Positions 30,243 through 40,889 of a stretch of DNA of 64,000 nucleotides are shown piece by piece; position 1 is the first letter of the stretch; every line of letters starts with the position of its first letter. This DNA comes from an uncultured bacterium (GTDB lineage Bacteria; Acidobacteriota; HRBIN11; JAKEFK01), in assembly GCA_963777505.1 (NCBI GenBank), contig CAVZQN010000008.1, positions 32,001 through 96,000 on the forward strand, in the 5' to 3' direction. The notes under the pieces were generated by a model. It was not told where the DNA came from and ran no database searches. It worked only from the letters and a program-made list of their open reading frames with translations. The translations under genes were made by a program, and so were the position numbers.

Positions 30243-31535
30243 ATGAAACAAACATACATTGAGAATGTCAGCAAACATGAAGGACAAGAAATCACCATCA
30301 AAGGGTGGCTTCAGAACAAACGTTCTTCCGGCAAAATTCAATTCTTAATTATTCGAGATGGTACAGGCTCCATTCAGGGCGTTATCAGTGCATCATCTGT
30401 GTCTCCCGAAGTCTTTCAGCAATTCGAACGTGTGACACAGGAAAGTGCCATCATTGTTCATGGCAAAGTTCGCGCAGATAAGCGCGCGCCAAGCGGTTTT
30501 GAGATGGATATCACCGGATATGAAATCGTTAGCATTGCCGATGAATATCCGATTACACCAAAGGAACATGGCACAGCTTTTTTAATGGAGAAGCGTCATC
30601 TGTGGCTGCGGTCTTCAAGACAACATGCTGTATTAAGAATCCGCGATGAGATTATTCGCGCCTGCCGTGATTTTCTTCATCAAGAAAATTTCACTCTAAT
30701 CGATTCTCCGATTTTCACGCCAGCGGCCTGCGAAGGAACTACAACTCTGTTTGAAACGAACTACTTTGATGAAAAAGCGTACCTCACACAAAGCGGACAA
30801 CTCTACAACGAAGCAGCTTGTATGGCGTTTGGAAAAGTATATTGTTTTGGCCCGACATTCCGTGCGGAAAAATCCAAAACGCGCAGGCACCTTACAGAAT
30901 TCTGGATGATTGAACCAGAAATTGCCTACGCTGAACTCGACGACGTCATGGAGCTTTCGGAGAATTTCATTTCCTATATCGTCAAAAGAGTTTTAGAGAA
31001 TCGAAAACTGGAGTTAAAGACGTTAGAGCGAGATACTGCTCCTCTTGAAAAGATCGTTCCACCATTTCCAAGAATTTCCTACGATGATGCCGCGCGCCTG
31101 TTAAAGGAAAAAGGACTTCCCTTTGAATACGGAAGTGATTTTGGCGGCACGGATGAAACGGTCCTTTCCGAGAGTTTTGATAAACCAGTGATGGTGCATC
31201 GTTATCCAGCGGCAGTGAAGGCATTTTATATGCAGCCTGATCCTGAAGATTCAACCAAAGCGTTGTGCGTGGATGTTCTTGCCCCTGAAGGCTATGGTGA
31301 AGTCATCGGAGGCAGTCAGCGTATTCATGATTACAATTTGTTAATGCAGCGGATTCAAGAGCACAAATTGCCGGTGGAAGCATTTGAATGGTATCTGGAC
31401 TTAAGGAAATATGGGACGGTTCCGCATGGCGGTTTCGGAATGGGAATTGAGCGGATGGTTTCCTGGATTTGCAAACTTGAGCATGTACGTGAGACAATCC
31501 CCTTCCCCCGCATGCTGTACAAGATTTACCCTTAG
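30243..31535 (+). CDS. asnS: Asparagine--tRNA ligase
   Basis: OB-fold, [35 protein letters not shown]. Confidence 0.96.
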   Translation: MKQTYIENVSKHEGQEITIKGWLQNKRSSGKIQFLIIRDGTGSIQGVISASSVSPEVFQQFERVTQESAIIVHGKVRADKRAPSGFEMDITGYEIVSIADEYPITPKEHGTAFLMEKRHLWLRSSRQHAVLRIRDEIIRACRDFLHQENFTLIDSPIFTPAACEGTTTLFETNYFDEKAYLTQSGQLYNEAACMAFGKVYCFGPTFRAEKSKTRRHLTEFWMIEPEIAYAELDDVMELSENFISYIVKRVLENRKLELKTLERDTAPLEKIVPPFPRISYDDAARLLKEKGLPFEYGSDFGGTDETVLSESFDKPVMVHRYPAAVKAFYMQPDPEDSTKALCVDVLAPEGYGEVIGGSQRIHDYNLLMQRIQEHKLPVEAFEWYLDLRKYGTVPHGGFGMGIERMVSWICKLEHVRETIPFPRMLYKIYP

Positions 31536-31553
31536 CGTCTCTGCGGTAAGAAA

Positions 31554-32870
31554 ATGAAACGTATTGGATTAATTAGTCTAGGCTGTCCAAAAAATCTTGT
31601 CGATAGCGAAGCTATGCTTGGACAGCTTGTAGAGAAGGGCTTTTCCGTAAGCTCTGATCCTGCTGATTCCGAAATCATCATTGTAAATACATGCGGTTTC
31701 ATTGAGCCAGCCAAGAAGGAATCGATCGATACCATTTTGCGGGCGGCACAATACAAGGTTCAGGATCCAGATAAGAAACTGATTGTTGCCGGATGTCTCG
31801 TTCAACGCTACGGAAAAGAGCTACGAAAAGAGCTTCCCGAGGTGGACCATTTTGTCACTTTAAACGATGTTGAACGCATCGTAGAAGCTTGCGGTGCCGA
31901 ATTTGAAGAACGTCTGGATGGTCAACCAGCCGAATATATATATGACGGCAAAGTGCGGCGCATTATTACGACTCCCGGTTCGTATGCATATTTGAAAATT
32001 GCCGAAGGATGCGATCATGTTTGTTCATTTTGTGCAATTCCATCTATGCGCGGACGTTATCGCAGCCGAACCATTGATTCGATCTGTTCCGAAGCGCGAG
32101 ATTTGGCGGCACAGGGCATAAAAGAACTCGTACTGATTTCTCAAGACAGCACAATCTACGGATGGGATCTTGGATTAAAAGAAGGCCTGGCAATCCTGCT
32201 TCAAGAACTTGCAAAAACCGAAGGTGTTGAATGGCTTCGAATCATGTACTGCTATCCAACAAGCTTGCGAAAATCTTTTTTGCAGGTCATGGCTGAAACA
32301 CCACAAGTTTGTTCGTACATCGATATGCCATTGCAGCATGCAAGCGGGTCAATGCTTAAACGAATGCAACGCGGCGGAAATGCTGATCAATATCGCCTGA
32401 TGATTGACAACATTCGAAAAACCATCCCAGAAGTAGCAATTCGTACTACTTTTATTACAGGCTATCCCGGTGAAACCGACGCGGATTTTAATGAGTTATT
32501 TGATTTCGTTCGGGATGTCGAATTCGATCGTGTCGGAATATTTACGTACAGCGATGAAGAAGGAACGGCTGGTTTCGATCACGATTCAAAAGTTCCGCAT
32601 CAGATTGCCGTGGAGAGACGTCGCGAATTGATGACTCTGCAAGCAGCAATATCCAAAAAACACAATCGCTCTTTAATCGGCAGAAAGTTCCGAGTCTTAA
32701 TGGATAAAAATGAGAGTAATCATTCAAGTGGCCGCCTATTCAGCCAGGCTCCCGACATCGATGGAATTGTACGCGTAAAAGGAACCGAAGCTCTTTGCGG
32801 TGAGTTTGCGGATGTTTTAATAACGGGTGCCGGCGAGTATGATCTGAACGCCAGACCAGTTCAACAATGA
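31554..32870 (+). CDS. rimO: Ribosomal protein S12 methylthiotransferase
   Basis: SLGCPKNLVDSE, NTCGFI, CDHVCSFC, APDIDG. Confidence 0.95.
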   Translation: MKRIGLISLGCPKNLVDSEAMLGQLVEKGFSVSSDPADSEIIIVNTCGFIEPAKKESIDTILRAAQYKVQDPDKKLIVAGCLVQRYGKELRKELPEVDHFVTLNDVERIVEACGAEFEERLDGQPAEYIYDGKVRRIITTPGSYAYLKIAEGCDHVCSFCAIPSMRGRYRSRTIDSICSEARDLAAQGIKELVLISQDSTIYGWDLGLKEGLAILLQELAKTEGVEWLRIMYCYPTSLRKSFLQVMAETPQVCSYIDMPLQHASGSMLKRMQRGGNADQYRLMIDNIRKTIPEVAIRTTFITGYPGETDADFNELFDFVRDVEFDRVGIFTYSDEEGTAGFDHDSKVPHQIAVERRRELMTLQAAISKKHNRSLIGRKFRVLMDKNESNHSSGRLFSQAPDIDGIVRVKGTEALCGEFADVLITGAGEYDLNARPVQQ

Positions 32871-33839
32871 TTACTGTCGTTATTTATGACAAGCAGACAA
32901 AAAATCTGACTTTTCATGAAAACGTTGACTGGCGAAAAATTGAAACAAAGCCTGAAAACCTGTACTGGTGGGATCTCTTCAACTTAACTGAGGATGAAAC
33001 GCTAATCCTCAGCGAAAAATTCCACTTCCATCCACTGGCAATTGAAGATTGTCTCCAGGATGTTCACTACCCTAAGGTCGATTATTACGAATCCTACCTC
33101 TATTTAGTTGTTCATGGAGTTGATATCGATCTCTCTTGCACAGAAGGGTTCACTCCAAAGGAACTCGATGTCTTTCTTGGCGAAAATTATCTGATTACGT
33201 ATCACGAAAAAGATTCGCGCTCCATCAACGATGTGATGCGCCGCGCGCGTGAACGAGTTCCATTGTTCGAATTCGGTGTTGATTTTGTTCTGTATTCCAT
33301 CCTGGATGTGATGGTCGTTCATTATCTTCCGGTTCTCGAATCAATCGAAGATCAACTTGGAAGAATCAGAAGACAAAATTTTCACGAATCCAAAACCCGA
33401 GGTTCTTCGTGAGATCCTGCAATTAAAGAGAACTGTCATCCGTTTAAAGAGAACGGTCTTTCCGCAGCGTGAGGTGATCAATCATCTTTCACGCAATGAA
33501 TATCAATTTGTGCACAAGCGAACGCAGGCATATTTCCGCGATGTTTACGATCATTTATACCGGATGGCTGAAATGACAGAATCATTTCGTGACATGAGTA
33601 CTGCAATGGTGGAAGCTTATTTATCGACTGTATCAAACCGGATGAATGAAATTATGAAGGTGCTTACAACCATCACAACAATCTTTATGCCTTTAACGGT
33701 CATAACCGGTATTTACGGTATGAATTTTGATCATATGCCTGAGTTGAGATGGCACTATGGCTATTTTCTGGTACTGATTGTGATGTTGGTGGTCGCATTC
33801 AGTCTCATTTTCTATTTTAGAAGAAAAAAGTGGCTGTAG
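32867..33839 (+). CDS. corA: Magnesium/cobalt transporter; apparent frameshift near 33359
   Basis: FHPLAIED, then YFRDVYDH and GIYGMNF in the next frame. Confidence 0.9.
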
Positions 33840-33844
33840 GAGTA

Positions 33845-34553
33845 ATGTTTCCACTAAGGAGATACAATCCGCTCGCGAACATTTCCGGTGATGAACGTAA
33901 TCATCATCGTTATTAACATACTTGTCTTTTTATATGAGTTTGCACTCGGCGAACGGCTTGATGCATTCATCCGTGATTATGGATTAACGCCGGTCCGTTT
34001 TTTCTGGGGAATTCAAAATGATGTTACAGATGCGATCATTCCCCTTTTCTCATCGATGTTTTTGCATGGAGGTTGGCTCCATCTGCTCGGGAATATGTGG
34101 TTCCTTTATATTTTTGGCGACAACGTTGAAGATCGCATGGGACACGGCCGTTATCTTTTTTATTACCTTTTGTGCGGAGTAGGCGCTGCCCTTTCTCAGA
34201 CCTTTTTGTTTCGTACGTCAAATATTCCTATGGTTGGCGCCAGTGGAGCGATTGCCGGTGTTCTCGGTGGATATTTTTTGTTATTTCCTCACTCACGAGT
34301 TTTAACTTTGGTTCCAATTTTTGTGTTTTTGCAAATAATGGAAATCCCGGCCGTTGTTTTTCTCGTCATCTGGTTCTTTTTCCAATTTATTTCAGGAACC
34401 TTTATCTCATCCGAAGCAGGCGGCGGAGTTGCCTGGTGGGCTCACATCGGCGGGTTTATCTCAGGCATGATTCTCATCTTTCTTTTTAAAAAAAAGGAAA
34501 CACGAAGCGCCGGTCCAATCTACGTAGATGAGCCACCCCGTTTTCAGATCTAA
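33845..34553 (+). CDS. Rhomboid intramembrane serine protease; apparent frameshift near 33860
   Basis: HGGWLHLLGNM, GASGA, WAHIGG; upstream MFPLR-DTIRSRTFP is out of frame by one base. Confidence 0.9.
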
Positions 34554-34562
34554 TCCAGCCAC

Positions 34563-35699
34563 TTATTTTTCGAGCACCCGCAATAATTCCTCATACTTTG
34601 CAGACTCCATAAGAGGTTGAGGAATCCAGCCGGCTGCATTCACATACGTCAAGTAAAGAAAGAAAGGAAAAAGAAGAAATTGAAATGCTTTACGGTTCAA
34701 AAGATGATCCAGTGGGATCAACAAACAAAAAGGTGCGAGCATCAGCAGATGACGGTGAAGACCAAAATCAAAAATGAATAACGAAAAAATGTAAAAAACC
34801 AGACAATAAATAAACAAAGGGCGATTCTTTGTCAGAGCAAGAAGTCCGATTCCATAAATCGTATACAACATGTAATACATAGTCGTGCTATGGAAGTTCA
34901 CTTTTGAAGCATAGAGCCGGTAAACTTCTAAAGGGGGAAAACGAATAAACCCAACATGATCAGCATTCCATTTGAAATACGCAAAAAAATCTCCGAAGAA
35001 AAAATGGTACGCAATAAAAAGTCCCAGGATGCCAATGCCACTAATGGGAAGAAGAGCGAGTGGTTTCCACTTACGGTCTAAAAGATATAAAAGGCCGAAA
35101 ATTGGAATCAATAAAACACCTGTAATGCGTGTCAAAGTGGCAAGAATGATGCACAGCAAAAGCAGGCCAATCCGGTTTGAGTAATATGCAAGTAAGGCTC
35201 CGAAAACGAAACACAGGAACAGAGGTTCTGTCGCTCCAATCACATGACTAATCAACCATCTGGCTGGAAAAAAACAGAACAAAATTGCGGTCCACATTGG
35301 GGATATCACCAACCTTTGCGACCGCAACAAACGATAGAGCAAAATGATGCATGCCACTGATGAAACTTGCGTTGCAAGGACCATCGCCACTGGATAGTTT
35401 CCTCCAGTGAAAATAGTCATGAACCGGATCAGCAATGGGTATGCCGGTAGATGTGAAGCAAAATAAATGGGTGGAAGATAAGGTCGAAAGGGATGCTCAG
35501 CCGGAATGTTATAACCCACCTTCGCAATGTACATATACATTGGGCCATCCCAATGCCGATAAACAAGATCCATTTGATTGCGGAATGAAAAAAGTAATGC
35601 AACGGAAGATAGGATCATTACCAGAGCAATCCATATCTCTGGACGTTTTCTAATTGAGGAATTCTGAGCAATTAGAGTTTCAACGAATCCTGGATTCAT
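34563..35699 (-). CDS. GT-C fold membrane glycosyltransferase (PIG-V/mannosyltransferase-like)
   Basis: HWDGPMYMYIAKVGY, PAYPLL, TEPLF, TRITG; many TM helices. Confidence 0.7.
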   Translation of the reverse strand: MNPGFVETLIAQNSSIRKRPEIWIALVMILSSVALLFSFRNQMDLVYRHWDGPMYMYIAKVGYNIPAEHPFRPYLPPIYFASHLPAYPLLIRFMTIFTGGNYPVAMVLATQVSSVACIILLYRLLRSQRLVISPMWTAILFCFFPARWLISHVIGATEPLFLCFVFGALLAYYSNRIGLLLLCIILATLTRITGVLLIPIFGLLYLLDRKWKPLALLPISGIGILGLFIAYHFFFGDFFAYFKWNADHVGFIRFPPLEVYRLYASKVNFHSTTMYYMLYTIYGIGLLALTKNRPLFIYCLVFYIFSLFIFDFGLHRHLLMLAPFCLLIPLDHLLNRKAFQFLLFPFFLYLTYVNAAGWIPQPLMESAKYEELLRVLEK

Positions 35700-35846
35700 A
35701 GATAGCGATTTCAACTTCAGCTCAAGAACAGGCCAGTGTAGCACGCACTGATAAAAAGAAAACCTTTATGGTAGACTGTCCAAAGTTTTTGAAGTCCAAA
35801 CGAAAGTGAAGATTAAGGTGGGAGTTTTGGAAGAAATAATCCAATA

Positions 35847-38252
35847 ATGCCAAAACTCTATTTCTGTTTATTCTTTATTGCGTTTTCAGCCCTCACTCTT
35901 GAAGTTACACTTGCTCGCCTTTTAAGTAGTATTGCCTGGTATCATCTTGCGTTTTTCGCTTTATCCACTGCCATGCTAGGCATGACAGCGGGAGCAATCC
36001 GCGTTTATTTGAATCCGCAAAAATACAATTCCGCAAACCTTGAACCGATTCTGGCGGAGTCCTCTTTAAGATATTCACTCTCCATCCCTTTTATGTTGAT
36101 CATGCTTTGTCTTTTGCCGCTTGGATTTCATAAAACTGTCATGAGTTTGTTCACGATTTTAATTGCAACATTTCTTTGTTCACTTCCTTTTTATTTCTTT
36201 GGAATCATAACTACGACAGCTCTTACAAAATCCTCATTACCCATCGGAAAGCTTTATGCGTTCGATTTAATCGGAGCATCACTCGGATGCTTGTTTGCTC
36301 TGATTGGATTGGAAAATCTTGATGCACCAAGTCTCCTTTTGCTCTGCGCAAGTTTCGGCACTCTTGCGGGATTGTGTTTTTCTGAAACGTTACCGAAAGA
36401 GAAAAAAAATCGACTGATACTCTGTTACATCGTGTTGTTAGTCGGAACGATACTGAATGCTGCAACTCCATACGGCATACGGCCGTTGGTTGTGAAAGGA
36501 CTTATCGTTCCCGCCGAAAAAATTGTCTTGGAACGGTGGAATTCACTTTCAAGAGTCCTGGTATTTCAACAGACATTAAAAGTACCTCAACTTTGGGGAC
36601 CAAGCCCCGTCTTCCCTGATCAGAAAATTCTCGAACACATGATCAATATTGATGGCGATGCAGGCACTCACGTCAGGCCTTTTGAAACGATCAAAGATGT
36701 AATGCATCTGCGATATGACGTCGTCAATGTTCCTTACTATCTTCGCAGGAGCGGCGGCGCATGCATCATCGGAGTAGGAGGTGGGCGTGATCTTCAAAGC
36801 GCGCTCTTGTTCGGACATAAAAAGGTCGTAGGAATCGATGTCAATCCAATTTTCATTGATCTTCTTAAAAATGAATTTCGCGAATATGCCGGACTCGCCG
36901 ACCGTCCGGAAGTTCAATTGATTTCAGATGAAGCAAGAAGCTATCTAACCCGCAATCAGGAAAAATTTGCAATTCTTCAAATGTCTTTAATCGACACCTG
37001 GGCTTCGACAGGCGCGGGAAGCTTCTCTTTATCTGAAAACACACTGTATACAGTTGAGAGTTGGAAGATCTTTCTGAATCACCTTCAAAGTAACGGCATT
37101 TTTACGGTCTCGCGGTGGCACGATCCAAAAAATCTTGGAGAAACCGGACGCCTTTTCAGTCTCGCGATTGCTTCGCTTTTTAACGAAGGGATCAAAGATC
37201 CATCCAAACATCTGGCCTTAATTACAACCAATCAAATCTCAACGTTGCTGCTTTCACGATCTCCCTTTACTACTGATGAAATTCGCATGTTGAAAGCGAT
37301 TTGTTCGGAACTTCAATATACTCCGTCAATTCTTCCAGGAGATCCGATCGATCATCCAACGCTGCGCAAGATTCTTTCGGCAACCTCTAGGATTGACCTG
37401 GAACAAAAGATGAAAGATGAATCACTGAACTTCCTTCCTCCAACAGATGAAAGCCCATACTTCTTTAACATGTTGAAGATTGGGAGCATTGGAAATTTCT
37501 TAACCGATTGGGAAATTTTTGGACAGTTCCAGCATGGGATCTTAAAAGGAAACATGATTGCTACACTTACCCTTACGATGTTAACCGCAGGTTTATTTTT
37601 AATTGCACTTTTGACAATTATTTTCCCGCTGCTCTTTAAAACGAAGATCGAAAGAAAATCACCACTCGTAGTGCCGGGTGCTGCATATTTTGCTCTGATT
37701 GGTTCGGGTTTTATGCTGGTTGAAATCGCACTCGTGCAAAGGTTGTCAGTATTTCTTGGTCATCCAATCTATGCACTTGGGATCATTCTTTTTACACTGA
37801 TTTTGAGCACGGGAATTGGAAGCCTTCTGAGCGAGAAGATCGGTATTAACAAAATCTCCGTGCTGGTTCTTCCAATTTTGACAGCCAGCCTGATTATCGC
37901 GGAGCGTTTCCTGCTGAAATCAATCTTTCCAGTATTCATTCATCATGAAACCTTGCCAAAGATCGGAATCGCTATCGCTCTGCTTTTTCCATTAGGATTG
38001 TTATTTGGATGCTTTTTCCCGATTGGTATGCGTATGGTCAGAAATATTTCATCAAGCGAAACACCATGGTACTGGGCGTTGAATGGAATCTTTGGTGTAT
38101 TTTGTTCGGCGCTGGCTGTTTTTATTTCGATCTATCTGAGTATTTCTACGAATTTTTATCTAGGTGCATTCTGTTATGCTGCCCTGATTCCATGCCTCAT
38201 CATTTTGCAGAAAAAAATCAGACTGGTAGAGCACCAAACTGAACAGCAGTGA
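35847..38252 (+). CDS. Polytopic membrane protein with spermidine-synthase-like SAM domain (paralog of 18803..21163)
   Basis: WNSLSRV, IGVGGGRD, DEARSY, DTWAS, ENTLYTVE. Confidence 0.8.
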   Translation: MPKLYFCLFFIAFSALTLEVTLARLLSSIAWYHLAFFALSTAMLGMTAGAIRVYLNPQKYNSANLEPILAESSLRYSLSIPFMLIMLCLLPLGFHKTVMSLFTILIATFLCSLPFYFFGIITTTALTKSSLPIGKLYAFDLIGASLGCLFALIGLENLDAPSLLLLCASFGTLAGLCFSETLPKEKKNRLILCYIVLLVGTILNAATPYGIRPLVVKGLIVPAEKIVLERWNSLSRVLVFQQTLKVPQLWGPSPVFPDQKILEHMINIDGDAGTHVRPFETIKDVMHLRYDVVNVPYYLRRSGGACIIGVGGGRDLQSALLFGHKKVVGIDVNPIFIDLLKNEFREYAGLADRPEVQLISDEARSYLTRNQEKFAILQMSLIDTWASTGAGSFSLSENTLYTVESWKIFLNHLQSNGIFTVSRWHDPKNLGETGRLFSLAIASLFNEGIKDPSKHLALITTNQISTLLLSRSPFTTDEIRMLKAICSELQYTPSILPGDPIDHPTLRKILSATSRIDLEQKMKDESLNFLPPTDESPYFFNMLKIGSIGNFLTDWEIFGQFQHGILKGNMIATLTLTMLTAGLFLIALLTIIFPLLFKTKIERKSPLVVPGAAYFALIGSGFMLVEIALVQRLSVFLGHPIYALGIILFTLILSTGIGSLLSEKIGINKISVLVLPILTASLIIAERFLLKSIFPVFIHHETLPKIGIAIALLFPLGLLFGCFFPIGMRMVRNISSSETPWYWALNGIFGVFCSALAVFISIYLSISTNFYLGAFCYAALIPCLIILQKKIRLVEHQTEQQ

Positions 38253-38258
38253 CATACA

Positions 38259-39014
38259 TCAACCTACAAGGACTGCTCCGCCATTCACGTTAAGAATCTC
38301 ACCAGTAATAAAAGTTGCGAGGTGTGACGCAAGGAATAACACTGGACCAGCAATTTCCTCTGGCGTTCCGACTCTTCGTAATGGAATGAGCTGCACAATC
38401 TGTTTGTATTCCTCCTGATTCGAAAGCGAAGCCGCACTCATGTCAGTATCAACCCAGCCTGGCGCCACACAATTCACAAGGATCGATGGTCCAAGTTCTG
38501 ATGCCCAGGATTTTGTTAATGAAATAATTGCACCTTTTGTCGCAGCATAGTGCGAATGAAATGCTTCACCACGTTGCCCCGCTGTAGAAGAAATATTGAT
38601 GATGCGTCCCCTTCCTTGTTGCTTCATTTTCTGAACTGCATAACGCGTACAATAAACAAGCCCCGATAAATTCACTTCAAGCGTTTCTCGCCAGACTTCC
38701 TCGCTCATTTCATCGATCGGCGCATAGGTCCAGATTCCAGCATTGTTGACAAGTACATCAATTTTGCCAAATTGACTCGTCGCAGTTTCAATTAACTCCC
38801 GGCAATGCGCATCTTCAGCGTGATTGCCACGCACGGCAATCGCACTTCTACCTTCGGCTTGAATGAGGTTTACAACATTCTGAGCTTCCTTTTCGTTTTT
38901 GTAATAATCAAAAACAATGTCGGCACCTGCTTTTGCCATCAAAATTGCCGCAGCTTTGCCAATTCCGCGGGAGCCTCCTGTAATAACAACAACCTGACCC
39001 TTCAGAGATATCAC
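38259..39014 (-). CDS. SDR family oxidoreductase (FabG-like)
   Basis: TGGSRGIG, NNAG, YAATK. Confidence 0.92.
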   Translation of the reverse strand: MISLKGQVVVITGGSRGIGKAAAILMAKAGADIVFDYYKNEKEAQNVVNLIQAEGRSAIAVRGNHAEDAHCRELIETATSQFGKIDVLVNNAGIWTYAPIDEMSEEVWRETLEVNLSGLVYCTRYAVQKMKQQGRGRIINISSTAGQRGEAFHSHYAATKGAIISLTKSWASELGPSILVNCVAPGWVDTDMSAASLSNQEEYKQIVQLIPLRRVGTPEEIAGPVLFLASHLATFITGEILNVNGGAVLVG

Positions 39015-39212
39015 TCCACTTCCTCCATATTTTTTGGTGATTGTGTGAGGCTGCTGTAAGTGAAAAGTCCTTGACAGCAATTGCCGTTGACACCCGCAAC
39101 CCATACTAGCCTAAGGCTTTAGCTTTTACAAATTGCGTTTTGACACCTTTCATTCACAGGTGACGATCGCATTCTTTTCGTTTGATCGTCGAGGCACAAA
39201 GAATCGGACTGA

Positions 39213-39228
39213 TGGCAATGGCTTTGCA
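39213..39228 (+). promoter_or_regulatory. Sigma54 (-24/-12) promoter upstream of comEA
   Basis: TGGCAatggctTTGCA with exact GG-N10-GC spacing; AAGGAGG RBS ~30 nt downstream. Confidence 0.6.
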
Positions 39229-39265
39229 TTTTGAAGAGGCATGAACACGCAACCAAGGAGGGTTG

Positions 39266-39565
39266 ATGATGAAAAAAGTCGTAACAAGTTTTGCGGTTTT
39301 TATGTTGGTATTTCTGGCTTGTTCTCAGATGGTTCTTGCTCAATCTGCGCCAGATCAAAAACCATCAGGGAAAGTTGTAAACATCAATACTGCAAGTCAG
39401 AGTGAATTGGAATCTTTACCTGGGATCGGTCCATCACTCGCTAAAAAGATTGTAGAGTTCAGGCAAAAAAATGGTGGATTCAAAAATCCAAGTGACTTGA
39501 TGGCAGTTCAAGGAATCGGCGAAAAGAAGTATGAAGAATTAAAGAATTTGATTTCAGTTAAATGA
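39266..39565 (+). CDS. comEA: ComEA-family helix-hairpin-helix DNA-binding protein, secreted
   Basis: Signal peptide; VNINTAS..ELESLPGIG, VQGIGEK. Confidence 0.9.
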   Translation: MMKKVVTSFAVFMLVFLACSQMVLAQSAPDQKPSGKVVNINTASQSELESLPGIGPSLAKKIVEFRQKNGGFKNPSDLMAVQGIGEKKYEELKNLISVK

Positions 39566-39579
39566 GCACTCCATCCACT

Positions 39580-39665
39580 TCCACACGCTGATTCACCCAG
39601 GGCCGTCCAACCCTGCGGGAGGCTCCCTTCGGTGGATTCGAAGGGAGCCGGTCCCGAATCGTGGA
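39580..39665 (+). promoter_or_regulatory. Candidate cis-regulatory three-way-junction RNA
   Basis: Hairpins caggg/ccctg and ggctcccttcg/cgaagggagcc, closed by tccac..gattc / gaatcgtgga overlapping the GGAG RBS. Confidence 0.45.
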
Positions 39666-39672
39666 GCAAACA

Positions 39673-40296
39673 ATGATGGTGTCGATTCAATCTGATCTGA
39701 AGTTTCAGAAAGGAGCCACACTCCTTGAATTGTTAGTGGTTCTAACGTTGCTTGGAATTTTTCTTCTTGCACTCACTGCAGATTTATCAGGATCTGTTCG
39801 AAGAAAAGATTTCGAATTATTCGCCCGTGAACTAACAGTATTAATGGAACGGAGCCGCTGGAAAGCCTTAAATGAACGACGTTATGCTGGAATTGTCTTC
39901 AGTGTTCAAAACGGAATTTATCAAGCAGCCTTTCATGTAGATGGAAATGAAAATGGAATCCGTACAGCTGATGTGCGTGAAGGAATTGATCCTTTAATCG
40001 AACCACCGATTCGATTAACACGTGGATCAGGGGATATGCATGCTGGAATTTTAAGCAGCACAATTCCACAAATTCCGCCACGATCAGGTGTGATTGATCA
40101 ACCCGATGATCCAGTGAAATTCGGCCGTTCGGATATTGTGTCATTTTCACCAATGGGTGATTCCTCTTCCGGTACTTTGTATCTTGCTTGTGTCTCACAG
40201 AAACAAATGTATGCAATCGTCGTGTTTGGCCCAACTGCACGAATGAACATCTGGCGCTTCAGTAATTATCAGTGGCAAATGGTGGTAGATCGGTAG
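39673..40296 (+). CDS. Type IV pilin-like protein (FimT/GspH-like)
   Basis: Class III signal QKG|ATLLE followed by a hydrophobic helix. Confidence 0.8.
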   Translation: MMVSIQSDLKFQKGATLLELLVVLTLLGIFLLALTADLSGSVRRKDFELFARELTVLMERSRWKALNERRYAGIVFSVQNGIYQAAFHVDGNENGIRTADVREGIDPLIEPPIRLTRGSGDMHAGILSSTIPQIPPRSGVIDQPDDPVKFGRSDIVSFSPMGDSSSGTLYLACVSQKQMYAIVVFGPTARMNIWRFSNYQWQMVVDR

Positions 40297-40313
40297 GATC
40301 TCTCCAGGAGGTT

Positions 40314-40356
40314 GGGAGCGGACCTGTGCCCGCCCATAGTCCGCTCCCCTTTTTTT
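40314..40356 (+). terminator. Intrinsic terminator of the comEA-pilin unit
   Basis: gggagcggac / gtccgctccc stem followed by T7. Confidence 0.75.
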
Positions 40357-40368
40357 AACCGCAGAGCA

Positions 40369-40861
40369 CAACCGCCAAGACGCCAAGGACGTCAAGAAAA
40401 TAAAAATGCAAAATGATTGTAGGACATAAGGCAGGAATCAGAGGCTTGACTGATAGTTTGACTTCGATGGATAATTGGAGCAGCGATTGAGGTTCATCGA
40501 AATTTGGGTCCAGGTTTTTTGAATCATTTTACGAAAGCAGCCTTTTCATGAACTTAAATCGCCGTGGAATACCTTTTGAAAGATCAGGTATTGTTTCCCG
40601 TTTTGTATAAGGGTATTAAGATAGGGGAGAATCGGTTGGATCTGGTTATTGGCGAATTAATCATCGTCGAGCTTAAGTCGGTTGAAGCGCTAGTCCCTGT
40701 TTATATTGCTCAAGTAATTTCCTATTTAAGAGCGACAAAATACAAATTGGGTCTGTTAATCAACTTTAATGTCACAATCTTAAAATATGGCATCCGCTGG
40801 ATTATTTGTTCCGATTGAGATCTAAAAAGTAAATCTTGGCGCCTTGGCGTCTTGGCGGTTG
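40369..40861 (+). mobile_element. Inverted-repeat-bounded element carrying a GxxExxY gene
   Basis: Perfect 20-bp IR caaccgccaagacgccaagg / ccttggcgtcttggcggttg. Confidence 0.65.
40468..40818 (+). pseudogene. GxxExxY protein (PD-(D/E)xK nuclease-like), several frameshifts
   Basis: IIGAAIEVHRNLGPGF-ESFYE ... RLDLVI..IIVELKSVE..AQVISYL..GLLINF. Confidence 0.85.
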
Positions 40862-40889
40862 AGCTGTTATTTCGCTTTTGGAGGTATGG

